Shown piece after piece: positions 1 through 12,184 of a stretch of DNA of 64,000 bases. The stretch comes from Octopus vulgaris (taxonomy: Eukaryota). Below the pieces are notes generated by a model that was not told the origin of the DNA, made no database searches, and was given only the letters and a program-made list of their open reading frames with translations. Both the position numbers and the translations under genes were made by a program. The stretch lies in the NCBI GenBank assembly GCA_951406725.2, contig OX597818.1, positions 98,394,001 to 98,458,000 of the forward strand. The letters run 5' to 3'. Numbering within the stretch: the first letter of the stretch is position 1; every line of letters starts with the position of its first letter.

Positions 1-390
1 ATTACATAGAAAAGAAGGGGTAAGGTGGGGAAACGACGGTAAAGAAAATGTAAGTTAAGGACAATGGTGGTTTCAATCATAAATTTATATATATATACAT
101 ATACATAAATGTGGGTGTTTAATTACATATTGTCAAAAAAATAATAATAAAAAGTAATTTCCAGATTCACGCTACAAAGCAATCGATAATACGTACATAC
201 ATACTTGTATGTATGAGCTTCCCTTGGGGGCTGCCCAGATCGGAGCAATCTCAAGATTAATCACCCGAAATTGCGAAGATGATCCGGTTCTTGACTGATG
301 ATTGAGGGCTTCGAATGTCCCGTCCGTGTATTTTGTGTCGTCTTCTAAATGTTTCACGTTCTTGTCCCAGTTTGTATATTTTTTTACTTT

Positions 391-462
<72 letters not shown>

Positions 463-639
463 ATAACTGAGCAAAAAGCAGCGTAAAAGAATCTGATCTT
501 CCTGTCAGAATGATAGGACAGTTATTCTTTTAAACCAAGTCTATCGTCGATCTAGCTAAAATATCACAAGAATAATATTGTTTTCGCTGAGTCCAATCAT
601 CAGAAAATTAATTAGTAGACAGCGTTTGATCGTTATACT

Positions 640-932
640 TAAAAACCAATGCTGTTCAAGACATAACTTGTTAATGTGGCGAGACGTACTTCGGATCATA
701 GCAGTTACACATCGGAATGTAAGGACACATGTGCAAGGGAGCAACATCTTTTGTAGAATTCCACCACAGTGTAACATGCCGAAGAAATGCACAGAGAAGA
801 TTCGAACATCTGGATTAAGAAACAGAACCACAACTTGAACTACAGAGAAGAAACGGACAAGTGGAAATATATATTAATGCTTATGAACCATAAAATGGAA
901 TAAACCTTTGCGCATCTGAACCCAGTTTATTA
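640..932 (+). pseudogene. Decayed Penelope-like GIY-YIG endonuclease fragment, copy 1
   Basis: Translates with stops as KTNAVQDITC*CGETYFGS*QLHIGM*GH..., then after a frameshift IWIKKQNHNLNYREE. This resembles the PLE GIY-YIG pattern (V Y x I x C xx C G E x Y I G ... L xx R xx E H ... I xxxx P x LN). A near-identical copy is at 1900-2146. Confidence 0.55.
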
Positions 933-934
933 TT

Positions 935-984
<50 letters not shown>

Positions 985-1117
985 TGAAATGGATAAATGA
1001 ATTATCTTGTTACGGATTATTCAAAAACATGTGTAGAAACATGTGTAGAAACATGTGTAGAAAATAATAAAAAGGAATTTTGTAGAATCTTCGTTCAGCT
1101 CCATTTCTTCCTTTCAC

Positions 1118-1183
<66 letters not shown>

Positions 1184-1189
1184 AGATCG

Positions 1190-1374
1190 TTAGCTCCTAC
1201 ACGCATTTTTTCTCTCCTTGTTTTTTTTTCTGTGTATCTTTCTGTCGAAGAGCGTAGGCTCGAAACATAAAAGACTTGTTCTATCTCTATTCCTGAGCGC
1301 CATACTAATACATTTGTTTGTTTGTATTCCACCTGCCTTCGTCTTTTTTTTTATTTTCGTAAACCTTCCCGTTA
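1190..1374 (+). mobile_element. Short PLE-like terminal repeat with variant minimal hammerhead motif (1237-1274)
   Basis: TCTTT-CTGTCGA-A-GAGC(GTAG)GCTC-GAAA-CA-TA-AAAGA. Homologous copy at 34434-34582 (-). Flanked by (TA)n. Confidence 0.6.
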
Positions 1375-1385
1375 CATATATATAT

Positions 1386-1751
1386 ACTAGTAGTACAGCC
1401 CGGCGTCGCTCGGGTTTGTTTTCTTTTATACCCTTTAGAATTGGAATTTTTGAAAAGTAAAAATTTTGCGTGAATATTTTTCTGGTTGAAATACACCGAA
1501 AAATGGCAACACAGCAGTCAAAAATCGTAAAAAATAGGTATTTTCATAGAAAAAAAAGCACCTTTTTGATGTAAATAATTTTTGGCGTTAACATGGTCCG
1601 ATTTTTTCTTCTACGGAATGAAGAGCAAGCCTTCTTTTATCATACTCTCAATTTTGGTGAACTTGCGTCGCAGGGTCTCGGAGGAGATAGTGATAGTTGA
1701 AGGCTACCAGACCTGCCACACACAGACAACTTCAGCTTTTTATATAAAGAT
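1386..1751 (+). mobile_element. Helentron/HINE (DINE-1-like) non-autonomous element
   Basis: 5' ACTAG...GCCCGGCGTCGCTCGGG hairpin and 3' CACACAGACAACTTCAGCTTTTTATATAAAGAT end. Same architecture as 32430-32769. Confidence 0.6.
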
Positions 1752-1899
1752 ATATATATATATTTATATATATACATACGTATGTATGTATGTATATTTC
1801 AAACGCCTCCAAGAAAGTTTATATCATACTGCGTTGACATTCTGTTCTGGGGATACAATTACTGATAGCAGAAACAACTGCAAGCTAATAAAAGGTATT

Positions 1900-2146
1900 G
1901 AAAGAAATGATGTTATTTTGTCATTCGTTTATTGTGGTGAGATATAACTCGGATCATCAGAACAGCAGTTACACATCAGAATGTAAGGATATATGTGCAA
2001 GGGAGCAACATCTAGTGTAGAATTCCACCACAGTGTAACATGCCGAAGAAATACACACAGAAGGTTCGAACATCTGGATTAAGAAATAGAACCTCACCTT
2101 GAACTGCAGAGAAGAAACCTTTGCGCGTCCGAACCCAGTTTATTAA
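1900..2146 (+). pseudogene. Decayed Penelope-like GIY-YIG endonuclease fragment, copy 2
   Basis: RNDVILSFVYCGEI*LGSSEQQLHIRM*GY...SSVEFHH...IWIKK*NLTLNCREE. Direct repeat of 690-932. Confidence 0.55.
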
Positions 2147-2245
2147 TTTATTGAAGAAAACAAACACTAACCCAACCAATGAATGGCTATGTATTCCAAA
2201 GCACGGACAGGCAAACAATAATTTTAGACCAACAACAAACCTTCC

Positions 2246-2749
2246 TGTTATTTTTAGTTTATACGTCTGTCAAAATTCTTTCGTCACACATTCGGTAACC
2301 TCATCAGTGACTCTGTCTCATGTGTCCTTCAGAAAGACTGTTTATTCTATTTTGGCCTTCAAGTGGACAAAATAAAATAAACAGGACAAGAGAAAACTCA
2401 TGGGTTTCCTCTTGTCCTGTATAAGGCGGCGAGCTGGCAGAAACGTTAGCACGCCGAGCGAAATTCGTAGCCGTATTTCGTCTGCCGCTACGTTCTGAGT
2501 TCAAATTCCGCCGAGGTCGACTTTGCCTTTCATCCTTTCGGGGTCGATTAAATAAGTACCAGTTTCGCACTGGGGTCGATACAATCGACTTAATCCGTTT
2601 GTCTGTCCTTGTTTGTTCCCTCTGTCTTTATCCCCTTGTGGGCAGTAAAGAAATCGGAAACCCATTGGACAGAAAGTCACTGATAAGGTCATAGAATGTG
2701 TGACGAAAGAAATTTGACAGACGTATAAATTAAAAATAATACGAATAAA
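2246..2749. mobile_element. Foldback (inverted pLTR-like) element with hammerhead-like motif in each arm
   Basis: Arms about 2247-2320 and 2667-2741 are reverse complements. 12-bp direct repeat AACAAACCTTCC at 2234-2245 and 2750-2761. Internal hairpin 2381-2420. Interrupted by SINE-B. Confidence 0.7.
2422..2654 (+). mobile_element. SINE-B, full-length tRNA-derived SINE
   Basis: GGCGGCGAGCTGGCAGAA head, B-box GAGTTCAAATTCC, central GACTTTGCCTTTCATCCTTTCGGGGTCGAT...AAGTACC (resembles the Meta/MESC SINE domain, from recall), tail CCCCTTGTGGGCAGTAAAGAAA. Many copies in the window. Confidence 0.9.
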
Positions 2750-3319
2750 AACAAACCTTCCATTTAACAGTTATTTGTAATGCAAATTGTTCTCTTTTTC
2801 CTCTCTCATTTGTTATTTTATCATTTTCCTATCAATTTCAACATTGGTTTAAGTGGCAGGCGGTATCGCACTGTTGTTATTTATTATCATTGCACTATTA
2901 TTCATTATTTTATTAGCGTTTTTCCCTTGTTTCCAATATGGAAACGACAAGCAGTAAAACATCCAGTTTAAATGTTAGTTTTCTTAAATGACAAACATTT
3001 CTAAATGAGGAATGCCAATACACATAAATGTAACTTTTCTTTGATTACGAAAATTGCAAGTCTTTAAGCGATGAAGGCAAGATAGGCCTACTTCTTGAGA
3101 TGAGACTACTTCAACATAAAATTATACTCGTCTTTAAAAGGCAACGTGATTATCATTTTCGCGTGCTAATAGTGCTTTTTAGCAACTAAACTATCACAGT
3201 TTTCATTTAAAAAAAAGTAGTCTAATGATTCATGTAATTGTAATGAAATTAGAGCTTGAATAACTAGCTTCATAACATAATTGAAAGTAAAATTGTTATT
3301 ACATATCGTATGTCAACCA

Positions 3320-3890
3320 TATACTGTCACGCGTAGGACGGATTCGGCTATCGGCCGACTTTATGGTGAACATCACCTCACCTCCTTCATTTGGCCAGGG
3401 TGAAGAAGTAGTTTTTCTGTTTTGTGTCTATGACGAGAAAAGTTGTATGGTAAACGCGACTGAAAAGGCTGAAGACAGGCTCTTTCCTCTTCGGCGAAAC
3501 TCCCATTAAATTTATCATACTCCAATTGGAAAGAAAAGTGAGGGTGGGGAAGATATTGTCTCCCAGTAAATTTGTTGAAAGGTGGGTGAGTGTAGTGAGA
3601 ATGGCTCGAGTAAATACACGTACTCTAAGGACATGTCTATAGGTTGAAATTTACGGAGAAACGGAGAGCACTTACCATGGTGCACCTGGTAAGCAGAGTG
3701 ATTCAGGATCCATAGGATTCTTTAGTCGCCTCTGGATAGTACTTCCCGCAATTGGAGAATTTTATTGTGATAATTTTATAGTTAATTGTTATTGTTTTTA
3801 TTGTTTACACGTATTTTATGTAAATCCTGTTTCTTTTGTTTCTCATTGTCCTCCTGTTTTGTGAACGGCCCTTGCGGCCAGCAAAGAAAG
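3320..3890 (+). mobile_element. Tx1/L1-like LINE 3' fragment (ORF2 C-terminus plus 3' UTR), decayed
   Basis: Frameshifted ...RKVVW*TRLKRLKTGSFLFG...QLERKVRV..ILSPSKFVERWVSVVRMARV, homologous to 27490-27719 and 58049-58514. Ends GGCCCTTGCGGCCAGCAAAGAAA. Confidence 0.6.
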
Positions 3891-4104
3891 CTTAATAGTT
3901 CTTGTTGAGCACTGAGCGAAGACAAAAATTATATATTTGTAGTTGGAGATTTTGTGTACCGAGTGCTTAGCTTTTTATAATGACAGATCTACTGGCCATT
4001 TTATGTTTTCTTGTACTGTTCCACCTTCATAAACTCATTGTGAATGTTATACAACCGATATTTTAATCTAAGTTTATTTCAAGAGTGTATAATATTTAAA
4101 ATAT

Positions 4105-4300
4105 CGCTAGCATGCCGGGCGAAACGCTTAGCAATATTTCGTCTACCGCTACGTTCTGAGTTCAAATTCCGCCAAGGTCGACTTTGCCTTTTATCCTTTC
4201 GGAGTAGATAAATTAAGTACCAGTGAAACATTGGAGTCGATGCACTCGACTAGAACCCTTCCACAAAATGTCAGGCTTTGTGCTTTTAGTATAAAGAATA
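4105..4300 (+). mobile_element. SINE-B, older subfamily with alternative tail
   Basis: Same head and core as 2422-2654, tail CAAAATGTCAGGCTTTGTGC. Similar decayed copies at about 5240-5450, 6490-6620, 7110-7240, 20620-21230(-), 41700-41856(-), 44740-44950, 45270-45420(-), 48046-48250, 53530-53660, 59970-60165(-). Confidence 0.8.
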
Positions 4301-4702
4301 ATTTCACTGTCTTTTGTATGTGAAACGACGATTACAAAATGGTCGTAAGTTGAAAAAAATTACTGTTGTGGAGCAGTGTAAACGCATGATAATTAAATGT
4401 GCGTAAGTGTGCGTGCATGCTTGCATGTGTGCATGAATGTGAATAAATAACTCCTTACTTGTCTGCGCTACGGTACGATATCTATCGCACTTGTCAATTA
4501 ATAACGCGTTATACTGAACAAACCATATATTGTATTGCGATATTAGTCGACGTCTGTTGCCTGACGACCAACATTGGTTTTTAAATGGGTGGCTGACGAT
4601 AACGCATTGATTAATCAATTTCACTTATGTTTTGTCTTTCCATTCTTTCTTTTTTCTTTCTCTTTACTTTTTCTTTCTTTCTTTCTTTCTTTCACTCTCA
4701 CC

Positions 4703-4760
<58 letters not shown>

Positions 4761-4874
4761 CAAACTCATATACTTATATGTAGCATGCATATGTACATAC
4801 ACGCACATATGCACACTCTACTCACAGTGTATGGATATAGAAGTGACAGTCAGTTACTGATCTCGTAACGAGTG

Positions 4875-4959
<85 letters not shown>

Positions 4960-4974
4960 GTTTCCATGGTGCAT

Positions 4975-5190
4975 AAATGAATGAGATTCGTGAGCCCTGA
5001 GCTCTGAATAGGACCGGTACATTGCAGGGTTGACTTCTCCACTATTACAGTAACTCATTTGCAGCTGAGTGAATTGGGGCAATGTGAAGATAAGTATTTT
5101 GCTTTATAAAACAACGCCCCTGCCCGGTCCGGGAATCGAAACAACGATCTTACGACCTTGAGTACGACATACTACCCAATAGGCCACGCG
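4975..5190 (-). mobile_element. SINE-C type (tRNA head plus CORE-like body)
   Basis: Reverse strand reads CGCGTGGCC..TGG...GTTTCGATTCCCGGACCGGG...TTCACATTGCCCCAATTCACTCAGCTGCAAATGAG, matching 6657-6905. Confidence 0.75.
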
Positions 5191-5768
5191 TTTGAGAGTC
5201 GAAAGGAAATAGCTTCCAATATTTATATTGGTTTTTATAAGGCAGCAATCTGGCAGAATCGTTAGCAGGTCGAGCAAAATGCTTAATGGCTTTTCGTCCG
5301 TCTTTACGTTCTGAGGCTGAATTCCGCTGAGGTCGACATTGATCTTTAACGGGTCGATAAAAAAGAATACCATGAGTATTGGCGTCGATGTAATCAACTT
5401 AGCCCAGCCCCGAAATTGTTATCCTTGTACCAAAATTTGAAGCCAACGTTTTTACCGGCTCTGTGTTTTGAGTTCAAATTTTGTCGCTGTCATGTTTACA
5501 GCAGCAATGTGAAATCAATTGTTTTGCACTAAGACGTAACGTCCCGCCCCGATACGTAATGCCCCGGACTAGACAGGAGCGTTGTGTTCTAGAATAGCGC
5601 ACCTATTTTCACATTGATCCAATCCACTCAGCTGTAATATAAGGAGGGTAAGCTCTCAGATAGACTGGGTCCTATTCAGGGTGTGCAAATCTCAATCACT
5701 TACATACCATGGAAACGTCAAGTCATTGATCTCAAGATCTAACACCCTAAACATTAGGCCATGCACTG

Positions 5769-6444
5769 CAGTAGTTTCCATATTTTTTTCAGGCTGCCGC
5801 CCCCTTAGCACTCATGCCATATTCCTGGTGCCCCCACGCCTTCACTACCACAGTTATAGACCACTTTCTGTAGCAAATTCAAAGCAACTGTATTTCACAA
5901 ATAAAACTTAAAGGTAATTAACCTACTCTATTGCTTGTTTCAGTCATTTGACTGCAGTCATGCCGGAGCACCGCCTTTAGTCGACCAAATCGACCCCAGG
6001 ACTTATTCTTTGTAAGCCTAGTACTTATTCTATCGGTCTCTTTTTGCCGAACCGCTAAGTTACGGGAACGTAAACAAACCACCATCCGTTGTCAAGCGAT
6101 GTTAGGGGGGGGGCACAAACACAGACCCACAAACATATACACACACATACATATATATACATATATACGACGGGCTTCTTTCAGTTTCCGTCTACCAAAT
6201 CCACTCACAAGGCTTTGGTCGGCCCAAGGCTATAGCAGAAGACACTTGGCCAAGGTGCCACGCAGTGGTAATGAACCTCGAACCATGTCGTTGGTAAGCA
6301 AGCTACTTACCACGCAGCCACTCTTTTCTTACATCTATCACCCCATTTTGGCCGCCCCATAATCATCCCACTTTTTTCAACCACACCCCTTGATCTTTCC
6401 ACCGCCCCCAAAGGGGGAAGTACTGACCACTTTGAGAGCCACTG
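5769..6444. mobile_element. hAT-like MITE (decayed), hosting a SINE-A
   Basis: Ends CAGTAGTTTCCA / TTTGAGAGCCACTG with GC-rich subterminal motifs. TSD not clear. Confidence 0.4.
5925..6323 (-). mobile_element. SINE-A (tRNA-derived, about 400 bp, internal microsatellite)
   Basis: A-box TGGCTGYGTGG and B-box GGTTCA.T.CC, body ...GAAACTGAAAGAAGCCCGTCG-(TA/TG)n-..., tail GTGCTCCAGCATGGCCGCAGTCAAATGACTGAAACAAG. About 20 full or partial copies in the window. Confidence 0.9.
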
Positions 6445-6656
6445 CACTAGAGTCGAACAAAATATATTACAGTATATCTTCCTGCTTTATGTTTTCAGTT
6501 GAAATCCTGTTGAGGTCAATAGTACCTTTCATCTCAGGATCAATAATATGAAATAGCAGTCAATTTACTTTATTATCGACTGATCCTCTTCCCTCAAAAT
6601 TACAAGCTTTGTGCCTTCAAAGGAAAACATTATCTTGTATCTTATATTTGGTTTGT

Positions 6657-6905
6657 AGAGGCGCGTGGCTTTGTGGTTAGGGTGTCAGCATCATGATCGT
6701 AAGATTGTGGTTTCGATTTCTGGACCGGGTGACGCGTTGTGTTCTTGAGCAAAACACTTCATTTTCACGTTGCTCCAGTCCACTCAGCTGGCAAAAATGT
6801 GTAACACTGCGATAGACTGGTGTCCCGTCGAGCTGGGAAACGCATACGCCATAGAAACCGGGAAACCGGACCCATGAGCCTGGCTAGGCTTTAAAAGGGC
6901 GCATC
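6657..6905 (+). mobile_element. SINE-C, full length
   Basis: GAGGCGCGTGGCTTTGTGGTTAGGG head, GTTTCGATT box B, CORE-like TGTGTTCTTGAGCAAAACACTT..., V-domain-like CTGCGATAGACTGGTGTCCCGTC. Copies at 19474-19710, 56765-56970(-), 32985-33120(-). Confidence 0.85.
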
Positions 6906-7660
6906 TGTATTTATTATCATATTTGGTTTAGCCATTAGACTTGCGCTCATTCTTCAGCAACGCCTTGAAGAAATTTTAGTCGCATGAATCGATCCCAGAA
7001 CTTAATTTTTTTTTCTTTATTGCTCAGCCTAGTACTTATTCTATCTGTCTTTTTGCCGAACCGCTAAGTGGCAGGAACATAAATACACCAACATTATTTA
7101 CGTTTTAAGATCAAACCTTCTTGAACTAAATCTTGCCTTTCATCTAACCGGGTCAATAAAGTAGGGATAGCGGTCAAGAACAGGAGTTAGTGGTATCGAT
7201 TAATCCCATCCCCTCAAAATTGTTGGCCCTGTGCCTAAAACAGAAACACTATTTTCATTACTCACCTATATTACCTTCTTTATTTTTATTTTCTTTGCAA
7301 TCTTTATTCATTGTCATGTCTTTATGTCTCGTCTCATTCATTTTTCCTTCTTTGTTCTTTTACAGTCCATTCACTCTCTCTCTTTCTTATTTATTTCTTT
7401 ATTTGTTTCATTCTTTCTTACTTTTTGTCAATTTTCTTTTTTTCTTCTATTTTCCACCCGTTCGCTCAGTGTCATTATTCGTTTTCTTTTTCTTTTTTTT
7501 TTCATTTTCTTCAATTATTAATCATCTTTCTCCACCCAAACTTTCCCTGTTGAAACATATGCACACACATACACGCACACAAACATATACGCACATAAAC
7601 ACACACATATATATGCATGTATACGTGTGTATTATAATAATGATGATGATGATGATGATG

Positions 7661-7717
<57 letters not shown>

Positions 7718-7720
<3 letters not shown>

Positions 7721-7935
7721 TCAGTCAAATACATAACAAAAACACCAGGACTTACAAACACATATAACATACGGAAAATTGGACTACTAGGCACTGCACA
7801 CATCCTACGCAGAACACTTTCCATACAGTAACCATCAGAGCATCACAACAAATCACAGCACATACCCAAGGCACACAGAGCTGTGCTCGGTAGTGATGTG
7901 AAAGCACGATATAAAAAAAACATATATACTACTGA
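7718..7935 (+). mobile_element. R4/Dong-like non-LTR retrotransposon 3' end inserted in (TAA)n
   Basis: C-terminal peptide KYITKTPGLTNTYNIRKIGLLGTAHILRRTLSIQ* matches the 'QK..LLGTA.ILR' end of RLE-type elements. (TAA)n lies on both sides, the known Dong target. Confidence 0.75.
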
Positions 7936-7938
7936 ATG

Positions 7939-7976
<38 letters not shown>

Positions 7977-8068
7977 TGTAATAATAATAATAGCATATAT
8001 ATTTATGTATACATATATACATGTATTCATTAATTATATGTATTTAATAAATATTTATATATATGTAA

Positions 8069-8168
8069 NNNNNNNNNNNNNNNNNNNNNNNNNNNNNNNN
8101 NNNNNNNNNNNNNNNNNNNNNNNNNNNNNNNNNNNNNNNNNNNNNNNNNNNNNNNNNNNNNNNNNNNN
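8069..8168. other. Assembly gap (100 N)
   Basis: Run of N. Confidence 1.
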
Positions 8169-8497
8169 TGGTTATAACTTTTGTCAACAAGTGCTTTTCC
8201 TTTCTTTCTCTCTCGCCTATTTTCTTTCTTTTTTCACCCACCAGTATATTTTATGTCCGGTTTTTATTTACAGTTCGTTACCCACAATTAGTCAGTCGCT
8301 GTTTATCGTCTTCGTTTCACAGCGAACGAAATACGAAGAGGCGGTTGATTTGGGAAATTTGTTTGAGCAACAGTTAAAATGATTTGGAGAATTTAAGCAG
8401 TGATCTCCATGTCATGAGTTCGATCCCAGCCGATCTCAATTTTTTTTTATTTCTTTCAGTCATTCAACTACGGCCATGCTGGGGCATAGCTTTGAAA

Positions 8498-8673
8498 GGG
8501 GCTAACCTTCGGTATATATACCGGTGTAAGTACCGGAAGTACCGGATACATTTAAAAAAAAGTGGGTTTTTTTATATGGGGGGTTGGGTTAGGGTTAGGG
8601 GTGGGAGAAAAGGGTTTCTGTTATCTTCAGAAATGTAAACAAAGTCACGTGTTTATCTATACCGAAGCATCCC
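8498..8673. mobile_element. Small TIR element with TTAGGG core
   Basis: TIR core CTTCGGTATA/TATACCGAAG. Internal GGTTAGGGTTAGGGGTGGG...CTTCAGAAATGTAAACAAA shared with 17958-18390. Flanking CTTTGAA(A)GGG duplication. Confidence 0.6.
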
Positions 8674-9025
8674 CTTTGAAGGGTTTAGTCAAACAAATTA
8701 ACCCCAGTCCATGGTACTTATTCTATGTCCTTTCTGCCTGACATTCATCAGGTCAGTATAGGTAGGAATTAAACATTTAGAACTTCTCAAGAACAAGCAC
8801 ACAGCCCATATGACTCTACCGACCAAAATTCAGCTAGAGAGTGACCGAATTCGGGTCGGTATAGTCATATGAAGCCTAAAGGAGTCGGGCTCCGTCAGGG
8901 CCTGCGAAATTTAAAGTAGTATGGAAACCGAATCAAACTGTTTTAAATAAAATATATATAAGGCGGTGCTCCAGCATGGCCGCAGTCAAATGACTGAAGC
9001 AAGTAAAAGAATAAAAGAGTATATA

Positions 9026-10049
<1,024 letters not shown>

Positions 10050-10131
10050 CATATATAAACACGACGGGTTTCTTTCAGTTTCCGCCGACCAAATTCACTT
10101 ACAACGCTTTGGTCGGTTCGAGACTATAGAG

Positions 10132-10885
10132 CAGTGATTCTCAGTTGGGGTCCACATGAACTCTGATCGTTCATGTAATATTTTGGAGGGGGTCCATGTT
10201 ACAAAACAGTAAATTGGGGATCCACAATAATATTTTAAGGGCCCTTGAAAAAATGTTGTGTCAAATGTATGTATTGCAAGAAAAAGGTTGGTTTCTTTTT
10301 CTGACAGTTTACATAATTCAACAACCTATATAAGTTAATATGTGAAAAACAAAACAGGAGTTTTGAGAGAAGTTTCTGTAATCTTTCAGCATCGGGGTCC
10401 ACCAGATTAAAATAGTAATCAAAGGTGTCCATAGATTAAAAAAAATGGTTGAGAACCCCCTATTTCATTTTTACTCACAAGGGGTTAAACACAGGGAACT
10501 AACAAGGACAGACAAAGGGATTAAGCCGATTACATCGACCCCAGTGTGTAACTGGTACTTAATTTATCGACCCCGAAAGGCAAAGTCGACCTCGGCGGAA
10601 TTTGAACTCAGAACGTAACGGCAGACGAAATACCTATTTCTTTACTACCCACAAGGGGCTAAACACAGAGAGGACAAACAAGGACAGACAAACAGATTAA
10701 GTCGATTACATCGACCCTAGTGTGTAACTGGTACTTAATTTATCGACCCCGAAAGGATGAAGGGCAAAGTCGACCTCGGCGGAATTTGAACTCCGAACGT
10801 AACGGCAGACGAAATACGGCTACGCATTTCACCCGGCGTGCTAACGTGTCTGCCAGCCCGCCCACTTATGGTTGAGAACCCCTTG
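10132..10885. mobile_element. hAT-type MITE, interrupted by SINE-B dimer
   Basis: Ends CAGTGATTCTCA / GGTTGAGAACCCCTTG. Imperfect 8-bp TSD CTATAGAG/CTATAAGT. Repeated GGGGTCCA motifs. Confidence 0.75.
10460..10867 (-). mobile_element. SINE-B dimeric form with 15-bp TSD
   Basis: TSD ATGGTTGAGAACCCC at 10445-10459 and 10868-10882. Full unit plus a second, 5'-truncated unit. Confidence 0.9.
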
Positions 10886-11857
10886 CTATAAGTGGAAGAC
10901 GCTTGCGCAAGATGCCACGCACTGAGACTGAACTCGGAACTATGTGGTAGGGAAGCAAATTTCTTACCACGGAGCACGGGGTAGATAAGTAAATTTATTT
11001 AGATTAATTTTCATGATATATCCAAGTGAAAGGCATAAAATAACAAAAGATAATGAAATAACAGTAAACAACTTTAATTTTAATCCGTCTTTCAAACAGA
11101 CAAACAAACATTCGACGCTCCCTGTCATCACTTCCCAAACACGAAACAAAACATAAATAAATAAATAAATACAAGCACCGATCCACCTATGCATGCCATA
11201 TGCACTGGATGTAAGTGTTTGTTTGTTTTGTTGATGTGTTTGTTTGTTTGTTAATAGTTGTGTGTCGCACTTAAAAAAAAACATAGAGGACGCATTGTCG
11301 GAAAGAAAAAAAAGTTACGTTGCTGATACACTGAATGATATAATGTTGTGGGCAGCGTCTCACGTTGCCTAGCGTTACGTGTTTATGCTCTATCCTCCCA
11401 CCTCTGACTGTCTATCTGTCTGTTTGTCTGTCTCTGGCCTTGTCTCTCACCCACTCCCCCTCTCTTCCTTTCTCTCACACACATACACCTGTTTCGGGGA
11501 AAAACAGAAAAACAAATACAATACATTTTTTTTTTGTGTGTTTTACTTATTTACCTCTTTCAGACTGATAGAAGTAAAAAAGTAATGCGGCCATGCTGGG
11601 GCACCTCGCTAAAGGCTCTTAGTGAAACGAATGAACTTTCATTTTTTTCTTTTTAAAGCTTGATACTTATTATTTTGGTGTCTTTTGCCGAACCGCTAGA
11701 AAGCAGGAACATAAAAAAATCATCACCGGTTGAGAAGCAGTGGTGGCGGACAAATACACACATACACACACACACCTAAATAGGGGCAATTATGCGGATA
11801 AACAAATTAGATAATCAAATATATTGAATATATTAATTTGTGTATTAAATACAAAAT

Positions 11858-12184
11858 GGGCAAGTGTCCTCTTGTATTGCCTCGGGCCGACCAAAGCCTT
11901 GTGAGTGAATTTGGTAGATGGAAACTGAAAGAAGCCCGTCGTATATATGTATGTGTGTGTGTGTACGTTTGTGTGTCTGTGTTTGTCCCCCCCCAAAAAA
12001 AAATAAAAAACATCGCTTGACAACCGATGCTGGTGTGTTTACGTCCCCGTAACATAGCGGTTCGGCAAAAGAGACCGATAGAATAATTACTAGGTTTACA
12101 AAGAATAAGTCCTGGGGTCGATTTGCTCGACAAAAGGTGGTGTTCCATCATGGCCGTAGTCAAATGACTGAACCAAGTAAAAGA
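11858..12184 (+). mobile_element. SINE-A, 5'-truncated
   Basis: Matches SINE-A body and tail. Confidence 0.9.

Larger units (their letters stand above)
10060..10975 (-). mobile_element. SINE-A 5' half split by hAT MITE
   Basis: SINE-A sequence is continuous across 10060-10131 and 10886-10975. Confidence 0.8.

Noticed and set aside
294-320. CTGATGA...GAATGTC
   Set aside because: GAAA is not intact and stems I and II cannot be formed. The surrounding repeat is unclassified.
3469-3503. CTGAAGA...GAAAC hammerhead-like spacing
   Set aside because: No stems, and it lies in decayed LINE coding sequence.
6099-6362. Recurring peptides such as RRASFSFRLPNPLTRLWSARGYSRRHLPK in many ORFs
   Set aside because: Antisense translation of SINE-A, with frames that break freely between copies.
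8725-8756. CTGATGA-ATGTCAGGCA-GAAA on minus strand
   Set aside because: Stem II is marginal, with no stem I or III.
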